DNA of 64,000 nt, from positions 96,001 through 160,000 of the forward strand of contig JBGANV010000002.1 in NCBI GenBank assembly GCA_044222185.1, in the 5' to 3' direction. Positions within the stretch are counted from its first letter, which is position 1. Every line of letters begins with the position of its first letter. Source of the stretch: Planctomycetota bacterium. Lineage in GTDB: Bacteria; Planctomycetota; GCA-002687715; CAIWVZ01. The translations under genes were made by a program, and so were the position numbers. Shown here in pieces: positions 50,119-60,377 of this stretch. The notes beneath the pieces are model-generated. The model did no database searches and was not told where the DNA came from. It saw only the letters and a program-made list of their open reading frames with translations.

Positions 50119-50796
50119 TCAGTAATGGCAAGCCGAACAATCGGTGGTGACGTGCGACGCGACGCGTGTGTGATCGGGAGCCGGCGTGAGTGCGCCCCGG
50201 CCCGCCTTCGCGTTGATCCGATGGCACTCGACGCACCACCCCATGGAGAGGTTCGAGTCCTGACGCACGCGGTCCATCGTCTCCACGGCGCCGTGACATT
50301 GCTGGCACTCGACGCCGCGCGTGATGTGCGCCCGATGATCGAACGCGACGTGATCCGGAAGTCGGTGGACGCGCTCCCACGCGAGTGGGCGCGACTCCGC
50401 ACCGGCGATCGGCTTCTGGTCGTCGTCGAGGCCGAGGGCGCGGTAGATCTTCCCGATCTCGGGCGAGACGATGCGGCGCGGCTCGCGCTTCTCGGCGACC
50501 GCGGCCAGCTTCTCCGTGTCCGCTGCATTCTTGCTCGTTGTCACGACGACGTGGCAATTCATGCAGACCGACGTGGCGGGGATCCCAGCACTCGGGCCCT
50601 TCTCCGCGGCGTCATGGCAATAGAGGCAGTGGATCGCGAGTTCGCCAGCGTGCAGGCGGTGCGAGAACGCGATCGGCTGCGTGGGTTCATACCCCTGGTC
50701 GTTGCCCGGGAGACGGATCGCCGCCGTACTGACGACGACGGCGGCTCCCGGGATCAACACGCAGAAGAAGAAGATCTTCGCGTTGCGGTCAAGCAT
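50119..50796 (-). CDS. actA: Alternative complex III pentaheme cytochrome c subunit A
   Basis: N-terminal TM, PTQPIAFSHRLHAG, five CxxCH (CLYCH, CMNCH, CQQCH, CVECH, CSACH). Confidence 0.93.
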   Translation of the reverse strand: MLDRNAKIFFFCVLIPGAAVVVSTAAIRLPGNDQGYEPTQPIAFSHRLHAGELAIHCLYCHDAAEKGPSAGIPATSVCMNCHVVVTTSKNAADTEKLAAVAEKREPRRIVSPEIGKIYRALGLDDDQKPIAGAESRPLAWERVHRLPDHVAFDHRAHITRGVECQQCHGAVETMDRVRQDSNLSMGWCVECHRINAKAGRGALTPAPDHTRVASHVTTDCSACHY

Positions 50797-50797
50797 G

Positions 50798-52396
50798 TCA
50801 GCACGGAACCTCCGCGTTCTTGCGCGCGTAGAACCACCAGTTCACGACGAGACACGTGGCGTAATAGATCGCGAACCCGTACAGGGCGTTCTCCGGCGTC
50901 TTCGCCTTGATCTGGGCCCCGAAGACCTCGGGGATGATGCAGGCGCCGTAAGCCGCGACGGCCGACGTCCACCCGAGAACGGGGCCCGCCTGATCCGGTT
51001 TGAAGATCATGGGGATCATCCGAAACGTCGAGCCGTTGCCGATCCCCGTGGTGACGAAGAGCACGAGGAACAGCGTCAGGAACATGGGGAAGTAGTCGTT
51101 GGGGTTCGGCGCGACGGATGCCGCCTTCACACACCATGCGACGCCGAGGGCGGCAGCGATCATCAGCACCGTGTCCCATTGCGTGACACGCGCGCCGCCG
51201 AGCTTGTCTGAAAGCCAGCCTCCGACCGGGCGAATGAGAGAACCGACCAAGGGGCCAAGCCACGCATAGGCGAGCGGGCTCGGAGGATTCGGATTGGGTG
51301 CACCGTTCGGAAGCTGGCCGAAAACGTCCTTGATGAGATTGGGGAACGCCTGGCTGTACCCGATGAAGGACCCGAAGGTCATCACGTAGAGCCAGGTCAT
51401 CACCCAGTTGTGTTTGGCGCGGAAGATGGCGAACTGCGCATCCAGGCGGGGGCGGATCTGAGGCGGCGAGAACCACTTCATCGCGCCGAGCGTGACGACG
51501 ATGGTGACCAGCAGCGCGATCCAGATCGACGCCTGCAGTCCGACGCGGAGCCACACGCCGGCGCCGACACCGAGGCCACCGAGAGCGATCAGCCAGAGCA
51601 TCCGGCCGATCGACGTCGACGTGGACGCGGTGCGGTGCTGCGGGAGATTCGTCATCCCGACCCACGCGCAGATGGCGAGCACGGCGAGGATGGGGAGCCA
51701 GATCAATCCGGCATTCTGGATCCACACCTCCGTCCCGGCCGGCACCCCACCCACGGCCTTCGGCAATCTCAGCGCCGTGCCTCCCAGCGCGCCGAACAAG
51801 CCGAGCGTCATGGACCAGGGCAGAAGGACCTGGGCCACGCTCACGCCGAGGTTGCCGAGGCCCGCATTGAGGCCGAGTGCCAGGCCCTGCATCCGCTTGG
51901 GAAAGAAGAACGAGATGTTCGACATGGACGATGCAAACGCGCCACCGCCGAAGCCCGAGAGCGCCGCGAGCGTCACGAACGTCGCGTAGCTCGTGTGCAG
52001 GTCGCGCAATGCGAGACCAACCCCCGCGGCGGGGATCATCAAGAGCAGCGACGTCATCGCGATCACGTTGCGGCCGCCACAGATTGCGATGAGGAACGAG
52101 TTGGGGATCCTCAGCGTCGCGCCCGAGAGCCCCGCGACTCCCACGAGTGTGTAGAAGAGCTGCTTGTTCTGCTGCTCGTTCGGATCGAAGACGAAGCCCA
52201 GGTCCCGCATCTTCGCCGTGATGATCGACCAGTAGACCCAGACCGCGAATCCGCAAAGCAGGTTCGGGACGGAGATCCACAGATTGCGATTGGCGATGCG
52301 CTTGCCGGGGCGCTCCCAGAACGCCGCGTCTTCCGCATTCCACGGAGCCGAGGTGATGCCAGCGGGTCTGGCGTCGACAGGAATGGGGCCGCTCAT
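50798..52396 (-). CDS. narK2: Nitrate/nitrite MFS transporter, NarK2 type
   Basis: WNAEDAAFW, RNLWIS, LRIPNSF, GFGGGAFASSMSNISFFFPK, TFGSFIG, GIGNGSTF. Confidence 0.92.
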   Translation of the reverse strand: MSGPIPVDARPAGITSAPWNAEDAAFWERPGKRIANRNLWISVPNLLCGFAVWVYWSIITAKMRDLGFVFDPNEQQNKQLFYTLVGVAGLSGATLRIPNSFLIAICGGRNVIAMTSLLLMIPAAGVGLALRDLHTSYATFVTLAALSGFGGGAFASSMSNISFFFPKRMQGLALGLNAGLGNLGVSVAQVLLPWSMTLGLFGALGGTALRLPKAVGGVPAGTEVWIQNAGLIWLPILAVLAICAWVGMTNLPQHRTASTSTSIGRMLWLIALGGLGVGAGVWLRVGLQASIWIALLVTIVVTLGAMKWFSPPQIRPRLDAQFAIFRAKHNWVMTWLYVMTFGSFIGYSQAFPNLIKDVFGQLPNGAPNPNPPSPLAYAWLGPLVGSLIRPVGGWLSDKLGGARVTQWDTVLMIAAALGVAWCVKAASVAPNPNDYFPMFLTLFLVLFVTTGIGNGSTFRMIPMIFKPDQAGPVLGWTSAVAAYGACIIPEVFGAQIKAKTPENALYGFAIYYATCLVVNWWFYARKNAEVPC

Positions 52397-52397
52397 T

Positions 52398-53975
52398 TCA
52401 ACGCCCTCCCGGAGTCACGGGCCTCTTCGCCCCGAGGTTCACCTCGAAGTCGGCGATCGCCGTCTTCGCCACGGCCTCGACCGGGCCATGTTCGATCCGC
52501 CGCGCGAGTGCCGGCGATTGTTCGCGGATCATCCGGCGGATCACCATGTGCATCCAAACGAGGCACACGACGGCGAGCGCCAGAAGGAACATCCAGGTCG
52601 TCGTCCAGATCCCGCTCCACTGGAGCAGGTACCCGAAGAGGATCGGACAGATGAACCCGCCGAGCCCGCCCAGCACTCCCACGATTCCGCCGACGACTCC
52701 GACCTCCGTCGGGAAGTAGTCTGGAATGTGCCGGTAGACGGCGGCCTTGCCGATTCCGAGCGCGATCCCGAGCGCGAAGACGAGCGCCGTGAAGATCCAC
52801 ACGTTCGCCTGGAAGTAGATGTGCGTCACGCCGCGCGCGAGCAGCTGCTTCCGTGCGACCTTGTCACCCACCTTGACGACGGGCTCTTGCCAGGCCTGCA
52901 TGGTCGGCAGCACGAGTGCATCCGCGTCGTGAAAGATGTCTGACTCACCCCCGGCCTTGCGCCGCAGCGGCAACCGCAGGGAATCGAGGACGATCTCGCC
53001 GTCCGCGACCGCCGTGATCGTCCCCGGCTTCGGCGCGATGATCGACTCGCCGGGAGCGCGCACGTCCATGCGCGGAACGACGAGCAAGAGACAGCAGATC
53101 GCGCTGATGCCCAGGATCCAGTACATCACGGCCCGCGCCCCGAACTTGTCCGACATCCACCCGCCGATGGCGCGGATGACGCCCGACGGAAGACTGAACG
53201 ACGACGCGAGCACGCCCGCCGCGGCGAGCGACATCCCATAGACGCTGACGTAGTACGGGATCAGCCACTGCGAAAGCGCCACGAAGCAGCCGAAGACGAG
53301 GAAGTAGTAGAGCCCGAACCGCCAGACCCGCATCCGCCCCAACGGCGACAGGCGCTGGCCGAGCGTCCTCCCCTGCGACGCGGCCGCCACGCGATCGAAC
53401 GTCATGAACCAGAAGATGATCGCCATGGCGACGAGGGCGATGGCGTAGATCTTCGGCATGTTCCGCCAACCCTCGAGCCCTTCCGCGCCAGACGTCAGGG
53501 TCTTGAGAAGCTTGGGTGCGCCGAGGCTCGTGATGGCGGCTCCCGCATTACCCGCGCCGAAGATGCCGAGGGCCGTGCCCTGCCGTTCGCGGGAGAACCA
53601 GACGGACGAATAGGCGATCCCGACGGCGAATGACGCCCCGCTCAATCCAAATCCGAGGCTCGCGAGGGCGAACTCCATGAACGTCGTGCAGCTCGACAGG
53701 AACCACATGGGGATCGCCGAGAGCAGCATCAACACGGTGAAGACCCGGCGACCGCCGTAGCGGTCCGTCAGCACTCCGACCGGCAGGCGCATGATCGATC
53801 CCGTGAGCACGGGGATGCCGATCAGCCAGCCGATCTGGACCTTCGACCAGTCGAAGACGCCGCTGTCGACGAGGAACGTCGCCAGCACTCCGTTCGCCAT
53901 CCAGACGGCAAAGCAGATGGTGAACGCGAGCGTATTCGCGGCGAGGACGAGCCCGGCTTTGGCGGAGTCCTTCAT
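52398..53975 (-). CDS. narK1: Nitrate MFS transporter, NarK1 type, with a large loop insertion
   Basis: NTLAFTICFAVW, PVLTGS, GASFAVG, QGTALGIFGAGNAG, RFGLYYFLVFG, GIGKAAVYRHIP; GGAGGGAG RBS. Confidence 0.9.
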   Translation of the reverse strand: MKDSAKAGLVLAANTLAFTICFAVWMANGVLATFLVDSGVFDWSKVQIGWLIGIPVLTGSIMRLPVGVLTDRYGGRRVFTVLMLLSAIPMWFLSSCTTFMEFALASLGFGLSGASFAVGIAYSSVWFSRERQGTALGIFGAGNAGAAITSLGAPKLLKTLTSGAEGLEGWRNMPKIYAIALVAMAIIFWFMTFDRVAAASQGRTLGQRLSPLGRMRVWRFGLYYFLVFGCFVALSQWLIPYYVSVYGMSLAAAGVLASSFSLPSGVIRAIGGWMSDKFGARAVMYWILGISAICCLLLVVPRMDVRAPGESIIAPKPGTITAVADGEIVLDSLRLPLRRKAGGESDIFHDADALVLPTMQAWQEPVVKVGDKVARKQLLARGVTHIYFQANVWIFTALVFALGIALGIGKAAVYRHIPDYFPTEVGVVGGIVGVLGGLGGFICPILFGYLLQWSGIWTTTWMFLLALAVVCLVWMHMVIRRMIREQSPALARRIEHGPVEAVAKTAIADFEVNLGAKRPVTPGGR

Positions 53976-53989
53976 GACGGCTCCCTCCA

Positions 53990-54685
53990 TCACACCGATG
54001 CGCCGCTGCGGTCGGCCGGCAGCGGTCGGTTCCACAGAACGACCTGCGTCTTGCGCCACAGGTACGGGTTCGGAACGACGAGGATGTGGACCAGTCGGGT
54101 GAACGGGAAGAAACCCATGAGCGCGAACGCATTGAGGACGTGGATCTTCGCGAGGAGCGGCATCCCGGCGATGAACGTCACGTCAGGATTGAAGCGTGCG
54201 AGCGACCAGAGCCACGGCGACATCGACGTCGCAAACCACGAACTCCCCCAGCCGTAGAGCAGCGCCACGCCGGCGCCCGTGCCGACCTGCACGACGAGAA
54301 GGGCGTAGAGGAACCAATCGCCCTTCGACGTGACGCGGCGCGCCTTCGGAAACACGCGCCTGCGGATGATCGTGTTCGCGAGTCCGACGAGCGTGAGGAT
54401 CGTGAACGCGAGTCCCGTCACCTCCAGGAGGAACAAGCGCAGCGGCGCGGCGTTCCACGCGAGGATCACGCCGGGCATGAGGAAGGCAAGCAGGTGCCCC
54501 GTCAGCACGGTGAGGATGCCGTAATGGAAGGGCACGGTGCCCCAGAAGTGCATCTGGTTTTCGAGAAACTGCGACGACAGCGTGGAATAGGTGAACTTGC
54601 GCTGCCGGTAGCGCTGGATCGTGACGATCAGGAAGATCGCCGTGACGACATAGGGAACGACCGCGAACAGCAGGACGTCAGGCAT
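53990..54685 (-). CDS. narI: Respiratory nitrate reductase gamma subunit (di-heme b)
   Basis: SSQFLE, FHYGI...GH, KIH...FPFTRLVH (four heme His). Confidence 0.93.
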   Translation of the reverse strand: MPDVLLFAVVPYVVTAIFLIVTIQRYRQRKFTYSTLSSQFLENQMHFWGTVPFHYGILTVLTGHLLAFLMPGVILAWNAAPLRLFLLEVTGLAFTILTLVGLANTIIRRRVFPKARRVTSKGDWFLYALLVVQVGTGAGVALLYGWGSSWFATSMSPWLWSLARFNPDVTFIAGMPLLAKIHVLNAFALMGFFPFTRLVHILVVPNPYLWRKTQVVLWNRPLPADRSGASV

Positions 54686-55214
54686 GGCTCGCCTCCGCGG
54701 GAGCGACGTGTGATTGGAAGACGCGGGCCGCTGCGCGAAGGGCGCCGGTCCATGGCTTGGAGGCATCACCGAGGGATTCGGTGACCTTCTTCAACGCCGG
54801 AAGCGCCACTTCACCGGCCACGAGCGCGGCCGTGTGCGCCGGCACGCGCCCGAGCAGCTGCAGCAGGTGCGTGACGTGGTCCGGCAGCTCACCGTTCTCG
54901 GGGATGCCGTGCTCGCGCAAGAGCTGGCGTACGCGGACGAGGAACGCGCCGCGGGAGTAGTTCTCGCCGAAGAGCTGCCACCCGAGCTCGAGCGCCCGAT
55001 CGGAGGAGTTGTCGAACGTCCCCGTGTAGGACTCCTCGAGTTCCTCCGTCGAGCATCGGGCGACCCAATCCCGGAACTCCGCCAGGTCGGGCCCGAACTC
55101 CGGAGCCACCGTCGCCAGTTCGGCGGCCGCCTCCAGCACGACGGCTTTCCCGATCGTGCCCGGATATCGCAGCAACTCCGCCGTCAGATCGTGCACGTGA
55201 GGTGAGAGGTTCAT
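54678..55214 (-). CDS. narJ: Nitrate reductase chaperone (delta subunit)
   Basis: LLRYP, YTGTFD, LFGENYSRG, ELPDH. Confidence 0.9.
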   Translation of the reverse strand: MNLSPHVHDLTAELLRYPGTIGKAVVLEAAAELATVAPEFGPDLAEFRDWVARCSTEELEESYTGTFDNSSDRALELGWQLFGENYSRGAFLVRVRQLLREHGIPENGELPDHVTHLLQLLGRVPAHTAALVAGEVALPALKKVTESLGDASKPWTGALRAAARVFQSHVAPAEASHA

Positions 55215-55216
55215 CG

Positions 55217-56704
55217 TCAGACGCTCATGGGGAATTCGCGGAAGCCGAAGCCCGTGCTCGCGCGGTGATCGTGCGGGTCCTCGAGCATCTCGATGGCCTG
55301 CTCGCGTTGCATCGGCGGAATCACCACGCGCTCCTCCATCGACGCGAGGGACGTCATCTTGTAGATCGCGTCGGCCTCGATCGGCGTGCTGTCGGCCTCA
55401 CGTAGCGCTCGCTCGGCCGCGTCGCGCGTCACGTCGCCGACGGTCACGTGGCGGCGCCACAATCGAACGGCCATCTGCTTGCGAAGCGCGTAGCGCACCT
55501 TCCCGTCGTTGCCCGCGGCGAAGAGCCGGCCCAGGTAGGCGATGGGGGCACGCGCCTTCTCGATGTCGCCAAACAGACCGTCGATGTCGTTCGTGACGAC
55601 GTTGCCCCGCGACTGCGACATCACCGGCAGGAGCGGCGGCACGTAGAAGAGCATGGGGAACGTGCGGAACTCCACGTGGAGCGGCAGCGCCAGCTTCCAG
55701 ATCTTCGTGAACGAGTAGATGGGCGACCGCCGTGCGGATTCGATGACGGGCTCGGGCACGCCGTTTCGCCGCGCGCCCTCGATGACCTCGGGGTCGTCCG
55801 GATCGAGGATCAGGTCGCGTTCGGCATCGACGAGTTCGTGATCGGGCTTCAGCGCCGCGGCGCGGATCCGGTCGGCGTCATAGAGCACGTTGCCGAGGTA
55901 GCGAATGCGCCCCACGCAGCTGTGGAAGCACGCCGGCGCCTGCCCGGACTCGAGTCGCGGGAAGCACAGGATGCACTTCTCCGACTTGCCGGTCGCCCAG
56001 TTGTAGTACGTCTTCTTGTATGGGCAGGCGGCGACGCACGCGCGCCACGCGCGGCACCGCTCCTGGTTGAGGAGGACGATGCCGTCCTCACCCCGCTTGT
56101 AGAGCGCACCCGATGGGCACGCGGCGACGCAGGACGGGTTGAGGCAGTGATTGCAGATGCGCGGCAGGTAGAAGAACGCCATGCGCTCGATTTCGAGCAT
56201 CTGCTGGCGCACCGCGGGGTCGAGCCCCTCGAGGTTCGGATCGTTCGCGGCATAGACGGACGACCCGCCGAGATCGTCGTCGAAGTTCGGACCCGACTCG
56301 ATGTTCAACTGCTCGCCGGTGATCATCGAGACCGGCACGGCAGTCGGCTGATCGTCACCCTCGGGCGCGTTGAACAGGTCCTGATACTTGTAGGTCCATG
56401 GCTCGTAGTAGTCGTCCATCGAAGGCATGGACGGGTTGTGGAAGATGTTGGGGATGAGGCGCGTCTTGCTCGTCGATCGCAGCCACAACTCGCGCCCGTC
56501 CGTCTGCCAGCCGCCCTTGTAGCCGGCCTGGTCTTCCCATTTGGACGGATAACCGGTCCCCGGTTTCGTCTCGACGTTGTTCCACCACATGTACTCCGTG
56601 CCTTCACGGTCGGTCCATATGTTCTTGCACGCGACGCTGCACGTGTGACAACCGATGCACTTGTCGAGATGGAAGAGGAGGGAGATCTGCGATCGGACGT
56701 CCAT
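55217..56704 (-). CDS. narH: Respiratory nitrate reductase beta subunit
   Basis: LDKCIGCHTCSVACK, PRICNHCLNPSCVAACP, CRAWRACVAACPY, KCILC...CFHSCVGRIRY; alternative GTG start at 56737. Confidence 0.95.
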   Translation of the reverse strand: MDVRSQISLLFHLDKCIGCHTCSVACKNIWTDREGTEYMWWNNVETKPGTGYPSKWEDQAGYKGGWQTDGRELWLRSTSKTRLIPNIFHNPSMPSMDDYYEPWTYKYQDLFNAPEGDDQPTAVPVSMITGEQLNIESGPNFDDDLGGSSVYAANDPNLEGLDPAVRQQMLEIERMAFFYLPRICNHCLNPSCVAACPSGALYKRGEDGIVLLNQERCRAWRACVAACPYKKTYYNWATGKSEKCILCFPRLESGQAPACFHSCVGRIRYLGNVLYDADRIRAAALKPDHELVDAERDLILDPDDPEVIEGARRNGVPEPVIESARRSPIYSFTKIWKLALPLHVEFRTFPMLFYVPPLLPVMSQSRGNVVTNDIDGLFGDIEKARAPIAYLGRLFAAGNDGKVRYALRKQMAVRLWRRHVTVGDVTRDAAERALREADSTPIEADAIYKMTSLASMEERVVIPPMQREQAIEMLEDPHDHRASTGFGFREFPMSV

Positions 56705-56733
56705 TTGGGATTCCTCGGTTCGTGACTTGGCGT

Positions 56734-59700
56734 TCACCAGCTCAGACGTGGAAGCTTGCGGACGAGGATGTGGGTGTCCCGGTTGCAGCCCGTCGGTCCC
56801 CAGTAATTGAAGTGGTAGGTGAACTGGCCGTATCCGCCGACCATGAGGTTCGGCTTGAGCCGCGTTCGTGTGAGGCTGTTGTGCCCGCCCGCGCGGCGGT
56901 CACCGCGCAGCGGAGATCGCGGCACGCCGTAGGTGCGCTCCGGCGAGTGGTAGATGATGCAGATGCCTCGCGGGATGCGTGCACTGACGGCCGCACGCGT
57001 GACGACGACGCCGTGGTCGTTGTGGACCTCGACCCAGTCGTTGTCCTCGATGCCGATGCTGCTCGCGTCGCGATCGTTCATCCAGAACGGGTCGCAGCCG
57101 CGCGAAAGCGTCGTCATCCGTTGGTTGTCGCCGTAGGTCGAATGGATGTGCCATTTCCCGTGCGGCGTGAGGTAGTTGAGCATCAGCGTGGCACCCTCGG
57201 CCGTGCTGAAGCGCAGATCCGAGTACTCGTCGGGCTTGGGCTTCGGTTTGTAGGTCGGAAGGTGCTCACCGAACTGCAGGTAACCCGGGTGGTCCAGGTA
57301 GAAGTGCTGACGGCCCGTGAGCGTGCGCCACGGCACGAGGTGCTCGCGGTTGTAGGTGAACGGCGCATACGCGCGGCCATCGGTGACGAGGCCCGACCAC
57401 ATGGGGCTGTTCAACAATCGGCGCGGCTGCGATTGGAGATCCTGGTAGCGCATCCGCGTGGCGCGGGTCGGATCTGCGAGCTTCGTCAGCGAGAGACCTG
57501 TCTTCTGCTCCATGTCGCGATAGGAGCGCCACGCGAGCTCGCCGTTCGTGACCGTCGCGAGCGTGAGGACGACGTTGGCCGCGTCCTTCGCTTCGGCGAG
57601 CGACGGATACGACTTGCCGGCCCACGTCTGCGTGGGACCCTCACGCGCGAGGTCGTCATAGAAGTCGTCGACCGGGTACCACGTGCCGTGAGCACCGAGG
57701 CCCGTCTCCCGGACTTTGGGTCCATAGGAGACGAACATGTTGTAGAGGTTGGCGTAGTCACGCTCGACGATCTTCATCCCAGGCATGGTCTTGCCCGGAA
57801 TCGCTTCGCATTCGCCGTTGATCCAATCGCGGATCTGCGGCTGCGCGATTTCCGCGGCCGTGTCGTGGGCCAGCGGTGAACAAACGAGATCCCGCGTCTT
57901 GCCCGGGAGATGTCGGACCGCAAGCTTGGAGAACTCGCGTGCGACGGATTTGAAGATGTCCCAGTCGCTTCGTGACTCCCAGCACGGAGGCACGGCTTCG
58001 GCCAGCGGGTGGATGAAGCTGTGCATGTCCGTCGAGTTGAGGTCCGCCTTCTCGTACCAGGTGGCCGCGGGGAGGATCACGTCCGAGTACAGCGCGGACG
58101 TATCCATGCGGAAATTCAGATCGACGACGAGGTCGATCTTCCCTTGCGGTGCCTGGGCGAGCCACTCGACCTGCTTCACGGAGTCCGCGGCCAGGTCCTT
58201 CGACACGCGATTGGTGTGAGTCCCGAGATAGTGATCGAGGAAGTACTCGTGACCCTTGGCGGACGACATGAGCGCGTTGCCACGCCAGATGAACCACACC
58301 CGAGGCCATGAAGCCTCCGCGTCCGGCCGCTCGATGGCGAACTTCAGTTCGCGGCTCTTCAGGCGAGCGACGACCCAATCGACGATCGCTTTCTCGTCCT
58401 TCGCACCGGCAGCTTCGGCCTCCTTGACGAGGTCCAGCGTGTTGCGGTCGAACTGGGGGTAGAACGGCAGCCAGCCGTTGCGCACGGCGCGCACGTTCAC
58501 GTCGACCGTGTGACCTTCCGCCAGGCTACCCGGCGGCTGGTCCGGCGGCACCGTGTGATAGTCGCGGAAGCTCTTCTCGTACCGCCACTGATCGCTGTGG
58601 ACGTAGTGCCAGCTCGGGCCGTTCTGCAGACGCGAGGGTGGGAACCAATCCTTCGCCATGGCGATGTTCGACCATGGCTCCATCGGCGCGAGCTTCTCTT
58701 GACCGACGTAATGCGCGAGACCGCCGCCGTTCACCCCCACGCACCCGCAGAACATCAGGGCGTGGATCGCCGCCCGATACATCAAGTTCGCGTGATACCA
58801 GTGGTTGATACCGGCCCCGATCACGACCGTGCACTTGCCACCAGTGTGCTCCGCCGTCGACGCCCACTCGCGCGCGAAGCGGATCAACGTCTCGCGGCCG
58901 ACACCGGTGTACTTCTCCGCCCACGCCGGCGTGTAGACGCGATCCTCGTCGTACGTCGTCGGATAGTCGCCGCTGAGCCCGCGCGGCACGCCGTATTGCG
59001 CCATGAGCAGGTCGTAGGCCGTCGTGACGACGGCCTCGGTCCCGTCACGCGTTCGCAGCCTGCGAACCGGCACACCGCGCATGACGGACGTCGCATTGGC
59101 GAAGTCATCCAGGCGGACGTCGACAACGTCGTCGTGCTTCTCGAGGAACGTCAGCTCCGCATCGATCGGCGAGCCGTCCAGGCCGTCCTTGGGCTCGAGG
59201 TTCCACTGGCCCTTCTTCTCCTGCCAGCGATGCCCCATGGAACCCATGGGCATCTTGGGCTTGTCGTCACCCCGATCCCATTGCAGGAACTTCCATTCGC
59301 CGTTTACCTCGGCCGCATAGCGCTCGAGGCGCCCCGCGCGAAGCAGCTGCCCCGCCTTCCACCCGCTCGCCGATCGCGTGAGCTCGACCAGGAACGGCGC
59401 ATCCGTGAACCGACGCGTGTAGTCGAGGAAGCTCGGGAGTTTCCGCTCGTAGTGGAACTCCTTGAGGATGACGTGATTGACCGCCATCCACCACGCGCCG
59501 TCCTGCCCCGCGTTGATCGGGATCCACTCGTCCGAGTACTTCGAGACCTGGCTGAAGTCCGGCGAGAACACGACCATCTTCGAGCCGTTGTGTCGCGCTT
59601 CCGCAGCGAAGTGCACGTCCGGCGTGCGCGTCATGTTGAGGTTCGCACCCATGACGGCGAGGAACTTCGCGTTGTACCAGTCGGCCGATTCGTTGACGTC

Positions 59701-60372
59701 CGTCTGCTCGCCCCACGTCTCGGGTGAAGCGCTCGGCAGGTCGCAGTACCAGTCGTAGAACGAGAGGTTCACACCGCCCATCAACTGGAGCATGCGCGAT
59801 CCCGCCGCATACGAGAGCATGGACATGGCGGGTATGGGTGAGAAGCCGGTGACGCGATCAGGCCCGTGCTCCTTGATCGTGTGAACCGTCGACGCCGCGA
59901 TGATCTCGAGCGCCTGGCTCCAGGAAGCGCGGCGCAGTCCGCCCTTTCCACGGGCGCGTTGATACCGGGCCCGTCGCGCCGGGTCGGACATGATGGATGC
60001 CCAGGCGTCGACCGGGTCTTCGTGCTTCGCCCGTGCTTCCTTCCACAGGTCGAGGAGCGCGCCGCGGATGTACGGATACTTCACGCGCAGCGGGCTGTAG
60101 AGGTACCACGAGTACGAGATCCCGCGCTGACACCCGCGCGGTTCGTAACCCGGCAGGCTCTTCTCGAGCGCGGGATAGTCGAGCCCCTGCATTTCCCAGG
60201 TGACGATCCCGTCCTTGACGTGGATGTTCCACGTGCACGAGCCCGTGCAATTCACGCCGTGGGTGCTGCGCACGACGCGATCGTGCTGCCAGCGGTTCCG
60301 ATAGAACTCCTCCCAAGCGCGGGTCTGAGGTTCGTGCGAGTCCTGGATGAATGGATTCTTGATGTCGCCCAC
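56734..60372 (-). CDS. narG: Respiratory nitrate reductase alpha subunit (cytoplasmic-facing NarG/NxrA superfamily)
   Basis: [12 protein letters not shown]...PRGC (FS0), [29 protein letters not shown]; no Tat signal; GAGGAG RBS before GTG 60372. Confidence 0.93.
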   Translation of the reverse strand: MGDIKNPFIQDSHEPQTRAWEEFYRNRWQHDRVVRSTHGVNCTGSCTWNIHVKDGIVTWEMQGLDYPALEKSLPGYEPRGCQRGISYSWYLYSPLRVKYPYIRGALLDLWKEARAKHEDPVDAWASIMSDPARRARYQRARGKGGLRRASWSQALEIIAASTVHTIKEHGPDRVTGFSPIPAMSMLSYAAGSRMLQLMGGVNLSFYDWYCDLPSASPETWGEQTDVNESADWYNAKFLAVMGANLNMTRTPDVHFAAEARHNGSKMVVFSPDFSQVSKYSDEWIPINAGQDGAWWMAVNHVILKEFHYERKLPSFLDYTRRFTDAPFLVELTRSASGWKAGQLLRAGRLERYAAEVNGEWKFLQWDRGDDKPKMPMGSMGHRWQEKKGQWNLEPKDGLDGSPIDAELTFLEKHDDVVDVRLDDFANATSVMRGVPVRRLRTRDGTEAVVTTAYDLLMAQYGVPRGLSGDYPTTYDEDRVYTPAWAEKYTGVGRETLIRFAREWASTAEHTGGKCTVVIGAGINHWYHANLMYRAAIHALMFCGCVGVNGGGLAHYVGQEKLAPMEPWSNIAMAKDWFPPSRLQNGPSWHYVHSDQWRYEKSFRDYHTVPPDQPPGSLAEGHTVDVNVRAVRNGWLPFYPQFDRNTLDLVKEAEAAGAKDEKAIVDWVVARLKSRELKFAIERPDAEASWPRVWFIWRGNALMSSAKGHEYFLDHYLGTHTNRVSKDLAADSVKQVEWLAQAPQGKIDLVVDLNFRMDTSALYSDVILPAATWYEKADLNSTDMHSFIHPLAEAVPPCWESRSDWDIFKSVAREFSKLAVRHLPGKTRDLVCSPLAHDTAAEIAQPQIRDWINGECEAIPGKTMPGMKIVERDYANLYNMFVSYGPKVRETGLGAHGTWYPVDDFYDDLAREGPTQTWAGKSYPSLAEAKDAANVVLTLATVTNGELAWRSYRDMEQKTGLSLTKLADPTRATRMRYQDLQSQPRRLLNSPMWSGLVTDGRAYAPFTYNREHLVPWRTLTGRQHFYLDHPGYLQFGEHLPTYKPKPKPDEYSDLRFSTAEGATLMLNYLTPHGKWHIHSTYGDNQRMTTLSRGCDPFWMNDRDASSIGIEDNDWVEVHNDHGVVVTRAAVSARIPRGICIIYHSPERTYGVPRSPLRGDRRAGGHNSLTRTRLKPNLMVGGYGQFTYHFNYWGPTGCNRDTHILVRKLPRLSW

Positions 60373-60377
60373 GGCTC

